DNA of 64,000 nt, taken from NCBI GenBank assembly GCA_035624015.1, contig DASPSI010000049.1:6965-70964 (forward strand). Reading direction: 5' to 3'. Under the pieces are notes generated by a model. That model worked only from the letters and a program-made list of their open reading frames with translations. It did no database searches and had not been told where the DNA came from. Of the stretch, positions 40,508 to 49,746 are shown in pieces (the stretch's first letter is position 1; each line of letters opens with the position of its first letter). The position numbers were made by a program, and so were the translations under genes. This DNA is from Methylocystis sp. (GTDB taxonomy: Bacteria > Pseudomonadota > Alphaproteobacteria > Rhizobiales > Beijerinckiaceae).

Positions 40508-41800
40508 ATGAGCGAAGCCACGATGGTGTCCAGAAGCGCGAACGGCGGCGGTCTTCTCGGCCGCTTCGAATGGACGGTGGCCCTGCGCTATTTGCGGGCG
40601 CGCCGTGCAGACGGCTTCGTCTCCGTAATCACGCTATTCTCCTTTCTTGGCATCACGCTCGGCGTCGCCACGCTGATCGTGGTCATGTCGGTCATGAACG
40701 GCTTCCACAAGGAGCTCATGGACAAGATCTTGGGCGTCAACGGCCACGCCTTCGTGCAGGTCGCCGGCGCGCCCTTCACCGGCTGGCGGGACGTTGCGGC
40801 GAAGCTCGAGAAGCTCCCTGGGGTGCGCGCCGCCGTGCCTATGGTGGAAGGCGCCGCCGCGGTGTCATCGCCCTACAGCCAGGACGGCGTGCTCGCGCGC
40901 GGCGTGCGCGAGCAGGACCTGAAGAAGCTTCCCGGCGTCGGCGGCAATCTGCGCGAGGGCACGTTCGCCGGGTTCGATTCCGCCGAGGGCGTCGCTATCG
41001 GCGCCCGCCTCGCCGAGAAGCTCGGGGTCCGCGTCGGCGACAAGATCGAGCTGCTGACCGCCAAGGGTGACCAGACGCCGTTCGGCATATCGCCCCGGCG
41101 AAAGTTCTACCCGGTCGTTGCGATCTTCGACATCGGCATGTCGCAGTTCGACAGCGTCTTTCTCTATATGCCGCTCGCCGAAGCGCAGCCCTTCTTCAAT
41201 CACGGCGACGACGTGACGGTGATCGAGGCCTTCATCGACGACCCTGAGAAAGTTGACACGTTTCGATTCGAGGCCACGACGCTCTTCGAGGACAAGTCGC
41301 TCATCATCACCGACTGGCGCCAGACCAACAAGACCTTTTTCGATACGATCCAGGTCGAGAAGAACATCCTCTTCATCATCCTCTCGCTCATCGTCATCGT
41401 CGCCGCCTTCAACATCGTCTCGGGCCTCACGATGCTCGTGAAGGACAAGACCAGGGACATCGCGATCCTGCGCACAATGGGCGCAACAAGAGGCTCTGTG
41501 CTGCGCATCTTTCTCGTGATCGGCCTGACGATCGGCTGCTCGGGCGCGCTCATGGGCTTTCTGCTCGGCCTCGCGCTCGCCAAGAATCTGGAAAGCATCC
41601 GGCTGATGCTCAACCGGCTGTTCAACGCCAATCTCTTCCCGTCCGAACTTTATTTTCTTTCCCGCCTGCCTTCAATCGTCGATCCGCGCGAGGTCGCGCT
41701 GGTCGTCGCCATGACGCTGGTTCTGTCGGTCCTGGCCTCGATCTATCCTGCCTGGAAGGCGGCCTCGCTCGACCCCATCAAAGCGCTGCGGAGCGAATAG
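40508..41800 (+). CDS. lolE: Lipoprotein-releasing ABC permease LolC/E
   Basis: [40 protein letters not shown]. Confidence 0.95.
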   Translation: MSEATMVSRSANGGGLLGRFEWTVALRYLRARRADGFVSVITLFSFLGITLGVATLIVVMSVMNGFHKELMDKILGVNGHAFVQVAGAPFTGWRDVAAKLEKLPGVRAAVPMVEGAAAVSSPYSQDGVLARGVREQDLKKLPGVGGNLREGTFAGFDSAEGVAIGARLAEKLGVRVGDKIELLTAKGDQTPFGISPRRKFYPVVAIFDIGMSQFDSVFLYMPLAEAQPFFNHGDDVTVIEAFIDDPEKVDTFRFEATTLFEDKSLIITDWRQTNKTFFDTIQVEKNILFIILSLIVIVAAFNIVSGLTMLVKDKTRDIAILRTMGATRGSVLRIFLVIGLTIGCSGALMGFLLGLALAKNLESIRLMLNRLFNANLFPSELYFLSRLPSIVDPREVALVVAMTLVLSVLASIYPAWKAASLDPIKALRSE

Positions 41801-41804
41801 AGCC

Positions 41805-42488
41805 ATGAGCGACGAGGTGCTCGAGCTCCACGGAGTCAGCCGCCATTATCTCGAAGGCCATGCGCGTCTCGACATTCTGATCGACGCGGAGCTAACGCTG
41901 CGCGCTGGCGAGACCATCGCGCTCATTGCGCCGTCGGGCGCCGGCAAGTCGACGCTGTTGCATATTGCGGGGCTGTTGGAGCGGCCAGACGCCGGCGAGG
42001 TCAAGATCGAAGGCGCGGCCACATCCTCAATGTCCGACGACGGGCGCACGCGGCTGCGGCGTCTGTCCATCGGCTTCGTCTATCAATTCCACCATCTGCT
42101 GCCTGAGTTCACCGCGCTCGAGAATGTGATGCTGCCGCAAATGGTGGCTGGCCTCTCGAAGAAGGACGCGGCGCGGCGCGCGCAGGAGCTGCTCCACTAT
42201 TTGCGCTTAGGCGCACGCGCTTCGCATCGGCCGAGCGAGCTTTCGGGCGGCGAGCAGCAGCGCGTCGCCATCGCGCGCGCGGTCGCCAACGGGCCGGCGC
42301 TGCTCTTGGCCGACGAGCCGACTGGCAATCTCGACCCGCACACGGCGGAGCACGTGTTCGCGACGCTGATGGCGCTCGCACAGGCCAGTGGCCTGTCAGC
42401 TCTGGTCGCGACGCATAATCTCGACTTGGCGCAGCAATTCCACCGCCGCGTGACGCTGCATGAGGGCAAGGTCGTGGAGCTGGAATAG
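41805..42488 (+). CDS. lolD: Lipoprotein-releasing ABC ATPase LolD
   Basis: [37 protein letters not shown]. Confidence 0.95.
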   Translation: MSDEVLELHGVSRHYLEGHARLDILIDAELTLRAGETIALIAPSGAGKSTLLHIAGLLERPDAGEVKIEGAATSSMSDDGRTRLRRLSIGFVYQFHHLLPEFTALENVMLPQMVAGLSKKDAARRAQELLHYLRLGARASHRPSELSGGEQQRVAIARAVANGPALLLADEPTGNLDPHTAEHVFATLMALAQASGLSALVATHNLDLAQQFHRRVTLHEGKVVELE

Positions 42489-42512
42489 GCGCCGCGGTTA
42501 GCGTGGATCGGG

Positions 42513-42566
42513 GCCCCCTTCCCCTCTCCTCCCCGGACTTTAGAGGGGAGGGTGAGGGACGGGGGC
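42513..42566. repeat. REP-like hairpin between convergent lolD and pmoD-like genes
   Basis: CCCCCTTCCCCTCTCCTCCCC...GGGGAGGGTGAGGGACGGGGGC, related to the thiG-proximal element. Confidence 0.6.
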
Positions 42567-42574
42567 TGTTAGTT

Positions 42575-43150
42575 TCAAGCGGCGGGCTTCTTCGCCTTGT
42601 CGAGGAAGGCGTGCTTATACCAGAGGCCGAAGCCCACAAGGCCGATGAAGGCGCCAAAAATTGCGATCGTCAGGTCATTGCTCGCCGTCTGGCCGACCGC
42701 GAAGGGGAAGCGCGAGACATATTCCTTGCTGCCGTCGTCGTTGCGCGCCTTGACGAGGCCGATATAGTTGCCCTTGTTTGCGAAATTGTACTCGAAATTC
42801 AGCGTGCCGGTCTTGTACTTCTTCGGCGGAACGTAATATTCCGTGTTGGCTTCCATGTTTTCACTGTCGTCCTTCTGGCCGACGTTGCGCAGGATGCGCA
42901 TCTCGAGCGCCATATCGCGCAATTCGTCCTGCTGCGCGTCGAGCACAATGATCGTGGGGCCGACATCCGGAATGTCGTCACAGAACTGCTCGCGCGACTT
43001 GATTGGCTGATAGCCAGTGAAGGTCATTTGATCCGGGCCAATTTTCATTATGCACTGGCCCTCTTGGATGCTGACGCCGCCGTGAGCGTAAGCGTTGCCC
43101 GCGGCGCCGAGCGTCGCAGCGATCACGACCGCGACAAACTTGAGGTTCAT
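42575..43150 (-). CDS. PmoD/AmoD-like periplasmic copper protein
   Basis: Signal AYA-HGG, C..KIGP..M.F.GYQP, FCDDIP.VGPTIIVLD, ELRDM, C-terminal TM anchor. Confidence 0.8.
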   Translation of the reverse strand: MNLKFVAVVIAATLGAAGNAYAHGGVSIQEGQCIMKIGPDQMTFTGYQPIKSREQFCDDIPDVGPTIIVLDAQQDELRDMALEMRILRNVGQKDDSENMEANTEYYVPPKKYKTGTLNFEYNFANKGNYIGLVKARNDDGSKEYVSRFPFAVGQTASNDLTIAIFGAFIGLVGFGLWYKHAFLDKAKKPAA

Positions 43151-43387
43151 GTTTCGACTCCCCTTGCTTTTGTTGGTTTGTTCTTACTTTGCGCGAGCCT
43201 GCCCGCGCCGCCGTCCAGGCTCGCGTTTCACGGCCTTCGCGCCGCATGGCCCCTTATATCAAGTTTTGCGGACTTGTCGCGCGACGATGCGTCACATTGC
43301 GAAGCCGCCCACCCTCGCATTCGCGCGAGGACCCGATTGCCGAAGGCGGCAGGACGCGTATAATTGCATCAAAAAAGGAGACGTGTC

Positions 43388-43933
43388 ATGTGGGGCGTGC
43401 TTCTCGTTCTGCTGTATTTCGGCCTGGCCTTGATGGGGGCGGTGATCGTCATGGCGCCGGACCGGTTCCGGGTCACGCGCGAGGGGGTGGTCGACGCGCC
43501 GCCAGCGCGCGTCTTCGCTCTCATCAACGAGCTGCGGAGCTGGGAGGGCTGGTCGCCCTGGGCCAAACTCGACCCGCGGCGGCAGATGACCTATTCCGGC
43601 CCGGCCGCCGGCGCGGGCGCAACCCTGGAGTGGTCGGGCGACGCCAAGGTCGGCGCGGGGCGCCTGACGATCGCAGACAGCCGCCCGAACGAAGCGATCG
43701 ACATCAAGCTCGAGTTTTTCAGGCCGCGCAAGGCCTTGAACGACGCCTTCTTCCGCCTGACGCCCGAGGGTTCGGGCACGCGCGTGGCGTGGACGATCAC
43801 GGGGCGCCTCAACCTAGTCGCCAAGGTCACGAACCTCATCAACAGCAGCTGCGACAAGATGATCGGGCCCCAGTTCGAGCAGGGCCTCGCCAATCTGAAC
43901 GCCTTGTGCGGCGCCGCGAGCCGGGCCGGCTAG
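43388..43933 (+). CDS. SRPBCC (polyketide cyclase/START-like) family protein
   Basis: PDRFRVTR...APPARVF..IN....W..WSPW, GAG...W.G...VG.G; AAGGAG SD. Confidence 0.88.
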   Translation: MWGVLLVLLYFGLALMGAVIVMAPDRFRVTREGVVDAPPARVFALINELRSWEGWSPWAKLDPRRQMTYSGPAAGAGATLEWSGDAKVGAGRLTIADSRPNEAIDIKLEFFRPRKALNDAFFRLTPEGSGTRVAWTITGRLNLVAKVTNLINSSCDKMIGPQFEQGLANLNALCGAASRAG

Positions 43934-44092
43934 CGACGGCAAGGCGCGTGACGCGAGGCCCACTCGCCGCGCTCGCGCCTGCGGCAACATATGTCACGGA
44001 TTTGTCTTGCGCTCGCGCGGCGGAGGTGGGACGATCCCGTAACGGAGCCGGCACAGGGTTCGTTAAAGAAGGCTCCGAGGGAGGAGCGCGCG

Positions 44093-46150
44093 ATGTCAGA
44101 GGGCAATCACCACGGCGTCAGAGAAGGGGGGCCGCGGCTGATCGCCGTGATAGGCCCCTTTCAGAGCGGCAAGACCAAGCTTTTCGAGGCGCTATTGACG
44201 CACGCCGGCGCGGCCCGCGAGGGAACGGCTCTCGGCGATCTCTCGCAGGAGGCGCGATCGCATCAGATGAGCGTCGAGGCCAATATCGGCCACGCCGACT
44301 ATCTCGGCGATCAATATACGTTCATCGATCTGCCCGGCTCGCTGGAATTTGCCACCGAGGCGCGCCATGTGCTGCCGCTCTGCGATGCGGCGATCGTCGT
44401 CTGCGAGGCGGATCCTCGCAAAACTTTCGCGCTACAGCTGATCCTGCGCGATCTCGAGGAGCTGAAGGTCCCTCGCTTCCTCTTCGTCAACAAGATTGAC
44501 TCCACGACGCTTGGCGTGCGCGAGACGCTCGCGCTGCTCCAGCCCGCTTCGCGCACTCCGCTGCTCGCCCGGCAGATGCCGATTTGGAAGAACGGCGTCG
44601 CGATCGGCTTCATCGATCTCGCGCTGGAGCGCGCCTATGTCTATCGCGAGCATGCGGCCTCCGAAGTGATCGAGATTCCTGCGGGCGACGCCGACGAGGA
44701 GAAGGCCGAGCGCTATTCGATGCTGGAGCGGCTCGCCGACTACGACGACGCGCTCATGGAGGAGCTGATCGCCGACATCGAGCCGCCGCGCGACCAGGTT
44801 TTCGACGACCTCGCCAAGGAGCTGCGGGCCGGCGTCATTGTGCCGGTGTTCTTCGGCTCCGCACTGCGCGGCGAGGGCGCTACGCGGCTCCTGAAGGCGC
44901 TCCGGCACGAGGCGCCGGCGGTAGAGGCGACCCGCGCGCGGCTTGGCGTCGCCGACAGGGGAGCGCCGCTCGCGCGCGTTGTCCGCACGATCCACACAGC
45001 GCATGGCGGGAAGCTCTCGTTCGCCCGGGTGCTGCGCGGAGGTTTTGTCGACGGCCAGCCCGTGCTCTCGCCGGGCGGCGAGGAGAAAGTTTCCGGCCTC
45101 TCGCGCCTGCTCGGCGGCGCCGTGTCGAAGCGTTCGGAGGCGGCGGAAGGCGACACGCTGGCCTTCGGACGGCTCGACCATGCGATGACGGGGGACCAGC
45201 TCTCCGGCGATCCGCGCGGGGGCGCGAAGGATGCGGTGAAATGCGGCAACGGCGCGCCGCCGCCGGTGCACGCGGTGGCGCTGAAGGTGAAGGACCGTAA
45301 GGACGAGATGAAGCTCGCCGGCGCGATGGCGAAGCTCATCGAGGAGGATCCGTCGCTGATCTTCTTGCAGGACCAGGAGCTCTCCGAGATCAAGCTCATG
45401 GGCCAGGGCGAGATGCATCTACGCGTGACGCTGGAGCGGCTCGCGTCGCGCTTTAGCGTCGCGGTCGATTCCCATAAGCCTGCGGTCGCCTACAAGGAGA
45501 CGATCCGGAAGCCTGCGTCGGCGCGCGGGCGGCACAAGAAGCAGTCGGGCGGCCACGGACAGTTCGGCGACGTGGCCTTGCAGATCGCCCCGCGCGAGCG
45601 CGGCGAGGGCTTCCGTTTCTCGGAGCAGGTGCATGGCGGCGCGGTGCCGAGGCAATATTTTGCGTCGGTGGAGGCCGGCTGCCAGGACGCGCTCGCGCAC
45701 GGGCCTTTGGGCTTCCCGGTGGTCGACGTGGAGGCGGTGCTGACCGACGGCTCCTACCATACGGTGGACTCCTCCGACATGGCCTTCCGCACGGCGGCGC
45801 GCATCGGCATGAGCGAGGCGCTCTCTAAAGCAGATAGCGTGCTGCTGGAGCCGGTGCTGGCGGTGACGATCTACACGCCGTCCGAGGGCATGTCGCGGGC
45901 GACGGCGATCGCCTCGGGCCGGCGTGGGCAGATCTTGGGTTTCGGCCCGCGCGAAGGCTGGGACAGCTGGGACAAGCTCGAGACGCTGATCCCCGAGGCT
46001 GAGATGGACAATCTGATTGTCGAGCTGCGCTCGGCGACGGCGGGGGCTGGGTTCTACGAGGCCCGCTTTGATCATCTCGCAGAGCTGACTGGAAGACTGG
46101 CCAAGGAAGTCTCCGCGCACGCGCCACACAGGACCGAGGCGCATGGGTAG
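44093..46150 (+). CDS. Elongation factor G-like protein (EF-G2 paralogue)
   Basis: GPFQSGKT, DLPG, NKID, GQGEMHL, HKKQSGGHGQFGDV, DGSYHTVDSSDMAF; GGAGG SD. Confidence 0.93.
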   Translation: MSEGNHHGVREGGPRLIAVIGPFQSGKTKLFEALLTHAGAAREGTALGDLSQEARSHQMSVEANIGHADYLGDQYTFIDLPGSLEFATEARHVLPLCDAAIVVCEADPRKTFALQLILRDLEELKVPRFLFVNKIDSTTLGVRETLALLQPASRTPLLARQMPIWKNGVAIGFIDLALERAYVYREHAASEVIEIPAGDADEEKAERYSMLERLADYDDALMEELIADIEPPRDQVFDDLAKELRAGVIVPVFFGSALRGEGATRLLKALRHEAPAVEATRARLGVADRGAPLARVVRTIHTAHGGKLSFARVLRGGFVDGQPVLSPGGEEKVSGLSRLLGGAVSKRSEAAEGDTLAFGRLDHAMTGDQLSGDPRGGAKDAVKCGNGAPPPVHAVALKVKDRKDEMKLAGAMAKLIEEDPSLIFLQDQELSEIKLMGQGEMHLRVTLERLASRFSVAVDSHKPAVAYKETIRKPASARGRHKKQSGGHGQFGDVALQIAPRERGEGFRFSEQVHGGAVPRQYFASVEAGCQDALAHGPLGFPVVDVEAVLTDGSYHTVDSSDMAFRTAARIGMSEALSKADSVLLEPVLAVTIYTPSEGMSRATAIASGRRGQILGFGPREGWDSWDKLETLIPEAEMDNLIVELRSATAGAGFYEARFDHLAELTGRLAKEVSAHAPHRTEAHG

Positions 46151-46158
46151 GAGTTATC

Positions 46159-46190
46159 AGCCCCTTCTCCCGCTCCGTGGGAGAGGGGCC
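46159..46190. repeat. REP-like hairpin between convergent genes
   Basis: GCCCCTTCTCCCGCTCCGTGGGAGAGGGGC. Confidence 0.6.
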
Positions 46191-46207
46191 GACCCCGCCT
46201 TCCGCCC

Positions 46208-46531
46208 TTATCTTCCCGCTTTGATCTCGGCGGTCGCCTGCGCCATGAGCTCGTCCAGGGTGCGGCGGATCTGATGCTCGGATTGCTCGACTCCAGCATC
46301 CGTAAAATCCTTCGAGACCCGTGCGACGATGACATCGGCGGCGTTCGGAACGGTCTCGGCCACGACGAGTTCCTCGGCGTAGGCCTGGGCGGCCTCGCCG
46401 GACTTGCCGAGCTTCTCCGCGGCCCAAAGCCCTAAAAGCTTGTTCCGGCGCGCCTCGGCGCGAAAATGCAGCTCCTCCTCATGCACGAAGCTTTTCTCGA
46501 AGGTATCCTCGCGTTTTTCGAAGGTGCTCAT
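46208..46531 (-). CDS. DUF1476 / F1Fo-ATPase inhibitor zeta subunit
   Basis: MSTFEKRE..FE..F.H.EEL.FRAEARRNKLLGLWAAEKLG. Confidence 0.92.
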   Translation of the reverse strand: MSTFEKREDTFEKSFVHEEELHFRAEARRNKLLGLWAAEKLGKSGEAAQAYAEELVVAETVPNAADVIVARVSKDFTDAGVEQSEHQIRRTLDELMAQATAEIKAGR

Positions 46532-46641
46532 CATCCGCCTCGTTGATTTCCGCCCGTCCGGGCGGCGCTCGGACAACGCATATACGGCTATCCGGCGAAA
46601 AATCCAATGGCGAAGCCGCAGCAGCGCAAAAACCCCGAAAT

Positions 46642-49600
46642 TTAGGCCGTTTTTGGCGCGAGCGCGACGGGCGCTTTCGTCGCCGCGCCCTTCTCGCGTC
46701 GCAGCTTGCTCATGAGCAGGTAGATCACCGGCGTCGTGTAAAGCGTCAGCAACTGGCTCAGGATCAGGCCGCCGACGATCGTAATGCCCAGCGGTCTGCG
46801 CATCTCGGCGCCGACGCCGGTGGCGAAGGCGAGCGGCAGGGCCCCGAACAGCGCCGCGAGCGTCGTCATGATAATCGGACGAAATCGTTCGATCGCGGCC
46901 TCGATCGCGGCGTCGTGCACGCTCATGCCGCGTTCGCGCTCCGCGTGCAGCGCGAAGTCGACCAGCATGATCCCGTTCTTCTTGACGATGCCAATCAGGA
47001 GCAGGAGGCCGATGAAAGCGATGGTGGTGAACTCCATACCGAAAAGTTCGAGCGCAAGCACAGCGCCGACGGTCGCCGAAGGCAGTGTCGAGATGATCGT
47101 GATCGGATGGATGTAGCTCTCGTAGAGCACGCCGAGGATGATATAGACGGAAAGCAGCGCGCCGAGCAGCGCGATCCCCATGCCGCCGGAGGTTTTCTGG
47201 AAGTCGGCGGCGTCGCCGGCGAAGCCCACGCGCAATCCGCGCGGCAGCGGCATTTCGCCGACGGCTTTTTCGATGGCTCTCGTGGCGGCCTGTAGCGACG
47301 AATGCGGCGCGACGTTGAAGGTGATCGTGATCGCCGGCACGACGCCCTGATGATTGACGACCAGCGGGCTTGAGCCGCGTTCGACGTGAGCGATGGACTC
47401 GAGCGGAACCTGGCCGCCGCCCGTTTTACTGACATAAATGCCGGAGAGGTCGCGGATGTCGCGCTGGCGCGCACGGGGAATCTCGATCACGACCCGGTAG
47501 TTGTTGCGCTGGGTGTAGATGATCGAGTCCTGGCGCTGCCCGAAGGCGCTGTTTAGTCCGGCGTCGAGGGTCGAGATCGCGACGCCCAATCGCGCGGCGG
47601 CTGGGCGATCGATGACGATATTGGCCTTGAGCCCGCCCTGTTGGCGGTCCGACGACACATCGGCAAGCTCGGGCAGTTTCTGGAGGCGTTCCAGAATCTT
47701 TTCGTACCATTCGGTGAGTTCTGGCAGCGAACTGTCCGAAAGCGTGTATTGATAGAGCGCCTTGCTGAGCCGCCCGCTGGAGCGCAGGTCCTGAGAGGGA
47801 ATCATGGTCACTGTCAGACCGGGGATTTCCGCGAATTTGGGGCGCAGCCGGTCGATGACCTCGAAGCTCGAAGATCGGCGCTGACCGGAGGGCTTCAGCG
47901 CCACGAACAGCCGTCCCTGATTCATCGAGGCGGTAAGATTGCCGGAGCCGAGAAAAGAGCCGACCTCGGCGACGTCCGGGTCCGCATTCAGCACGGCCAT
48001 GGCCTGCTTTTGCAGCCGCACCATCTCGTCGAAAGACACGTCGGCGGCAGCTTCGGTCGTGCCGTTCAAAAGCCCGATGTCGTCCTGCGGGAGCTGACCC
48101 TTGGGGATGTATATGTATAAGAAGACTGTCAGGACGACGGTGGAAAGAATCGCGCCAAGCATGATCCAGGGATGATCGATGGCGCTGCGCAGGCTTCGCG
48201 CGTAATGCGAAATCACCCAGTCGAGGGCGGACTCGACGATCTCGTCGAACTTCGTGCGCTTGCGGTTTTTGGAGTGCGGCAGCCAGGCGCAGAGCATCGG
48301 CGTCGCGGTCAGCGAGACCACCATCGAGATCAAAATCGCGAAGGTGAGCGTGTATCCGAACTCCTGCAGCAGCTTGCCGGCGACGCCCGGCAGGAACAGG
48401 AGCGGAATGAACACGGCGACCAGCGACAGGCTGATCGAGAGCACGGTGAAGCCGATCTGCTGCGCGCCGGCGAGCGACGCCTGCATGGCGCTCATGCCGT
48501 GCTCCATGTTCGTCTCGACGTTCTCGATCATGACGATCGCGTCGTCGACGACGAAGCCGACCGCGATGGTCAGCGCCATGAGCGACAGGTTGTCGATCGA
48601 GAAACCCGTCGCCCACATCGCGGCGCAGGAGCCGATGAGGGACAGCGGGACTGTGACGCCCGCCGCCGCGACCGGCGAGGCCCGGCGCAGGAACACGAAC
48701 ACCACAGCCATGACGAGGCAGATGGAGATGAACAGCGTGCGCTGGATGTCGGAGACGCTCGCGCGAATGGTCTGCGTGCGGTCGGCGAGCGTCGAGACCT
48801 TGATCCCTTGCGGAATCCACTGCTGCAATTGCGGAAGGAGCGTCTGAATGGCGTCGACCGTCTCGATGACGTTCGCGCCCGGTTGCTTGAAGACCAGCAG
48901 GATCACCGCCGGCCTGCCGTTATACCAGCCGGCGGCGTTGCGGTTGCGAACGCCGCGCTGGACAGTTGCAATGTCGCCAAGGCGAACGACGCGGTCGCCG
49001 TTCGTCGCGACCACGACGCTGCGGTATTCGGCGGGCGTGTTGAGCTGGTCGTCGGTCGCGATCGTGACGTTCTGAGCGTCGCCGCCGAGCGCGCCGGTCG
49101 CGGACTGAACATTGCCGCTAATGACGGCGCTCGCGACCTGATCGAGGCCGATTCCCATGGCGGCGACGCGCGAGGGGTCCACCTGTACGCGGATCGCCGG
49201 CTGCTCCGCGCCGGCGACAATAACGCCGCCGACGCCCGAGACCTGCGAGATGCGCTGGGCGATGGTGGTGTCCGCCGCGTCGAACACGGCGCTCGTCGGC
49301 ATGGAGTCCGAGGTCAGCGCCAGCACGAGTATCGGCGCGCCCGATGTGTTCGACTTGCGGAAGGTTGGCAGATTGCTCAAATCCGTCGGCAGATCGGTGG
49401 CGGCGGCGTTGATCGCCGCCTGCACGTCGCGCGCCGCTGCGTCCACATTTCGCGCGAGATCGAACATCGCAATGATCTGTGTCGAACCAAGCGAACTGAT
49501 CGAGGTCAACTCGACAAGGCCGGAGATGTTGGCGAGCCTTCGCTCAAGCGGCGCGGCGACCGTCGCCGCCATGGTCTCGGGGTCGGCGCCGGGGCGGGCG

Positions 49601-49746
49601 GCGGAAATGCCGATTGCCGGGAAATCCACCGCCGGAAGGCTCGCGACCGGAAGCGCGAAATAGGCCACGAGACCGATCAGGAACACTGCCGCCGACAGCA
49701 GCGTGGTCGCGACCGGCCTGCGGATGAACGGCTCGGAAATGCTCAC
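46642..49746 (-). CDS. mdtC: RND efflux permease, MdtC-like
   Basis: SEPFIRRPVATTLL, GFVVDDAIV, GIVKKNGI, RFRPIIMTT; GTG start overlaps the mdtB stop. Confidence 0.88.
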   Translation of the reverse strand: MSISEPFIRRPVATTLLSAAVFLIGLVAYFALPVASLPAVDFPAIGISAARPGADPETMAATVAAPLERRLANISGLVELTSISSLGSTQIIAMFDLARNVDAAARDVQAAINAAATDLPTDLSNLPTFRKSNTSGAPILVLALTSDSMPTSAVFDAADTTIAQRISQVSGVGGVIVAGAEQPAIRVQVDPSRVAAMGIGLDQVASAVISGNVQSATGALGGDAQNVTIATDDQLNTPAEYRSVVVATNGDRVVRLGDIATVQRGVRNRNAAGWYNGRPAVILLVFKQPGANVIETVDAIQTLLPQLQQWIPQGIKVSTLADRTQTIRASVSDIQRTLFISICLVMAVVFVFLRRASPVAAAGVTVPLSLIGSCAAMWATGFSIDNLSLMALTIAVGFVVDDAIVMIENVETNMEHGMSAMQASLAGAQQIGFTVLSISLSLVAVFIPLLFLPGVAGKLLQEFGYTLTFAILISMVVSLTATPMLCAWLPHSKNRKRTKFDEIVESALDWVISHYARSLRSAIDHPWIMLGAILSTVVLTVFLYIYIPKGQLPQDDIGLLNGTTEAAADVSFDEMVRLQKQAMAVLNADPDVAEVGSFLGSGNLTASMNQGRLFVALKPSGQRRSSSFEVIDRLRPKFAEIPGLTVTMIPSQDLRSSGRLSKALYQYTLSDSSLPELTEWYEKILERLQKLPELADVSSDRQQGGLKANIVIDRPAAARLGVAISTLDAGLNSAFGQRQDSIIYTQRNNYRVVIEIPRARQRDIRDLSGIYVSKTGGGQVPLESIAHVERGSSPLVVNHQGVVPAITITFNVAPHSSLQAATRAIEKAVGEMPLPRGLRVGFAGDAADFQKTSGGMGIALLGALLSVYIILGVLYESYIHPITIISTLPSATVGAVLALELFGMEFTTIAFIGLLLLIGIVKKNGIMLVDFALHAERERGMSVHDAAIEAAIERFRPIIMTTLAALFGALPLAFATGVGAEMRRPLGITIVGGLILSQLLTLYTTPVIYLLMSKLRREKGAATKAPVALAPKTA

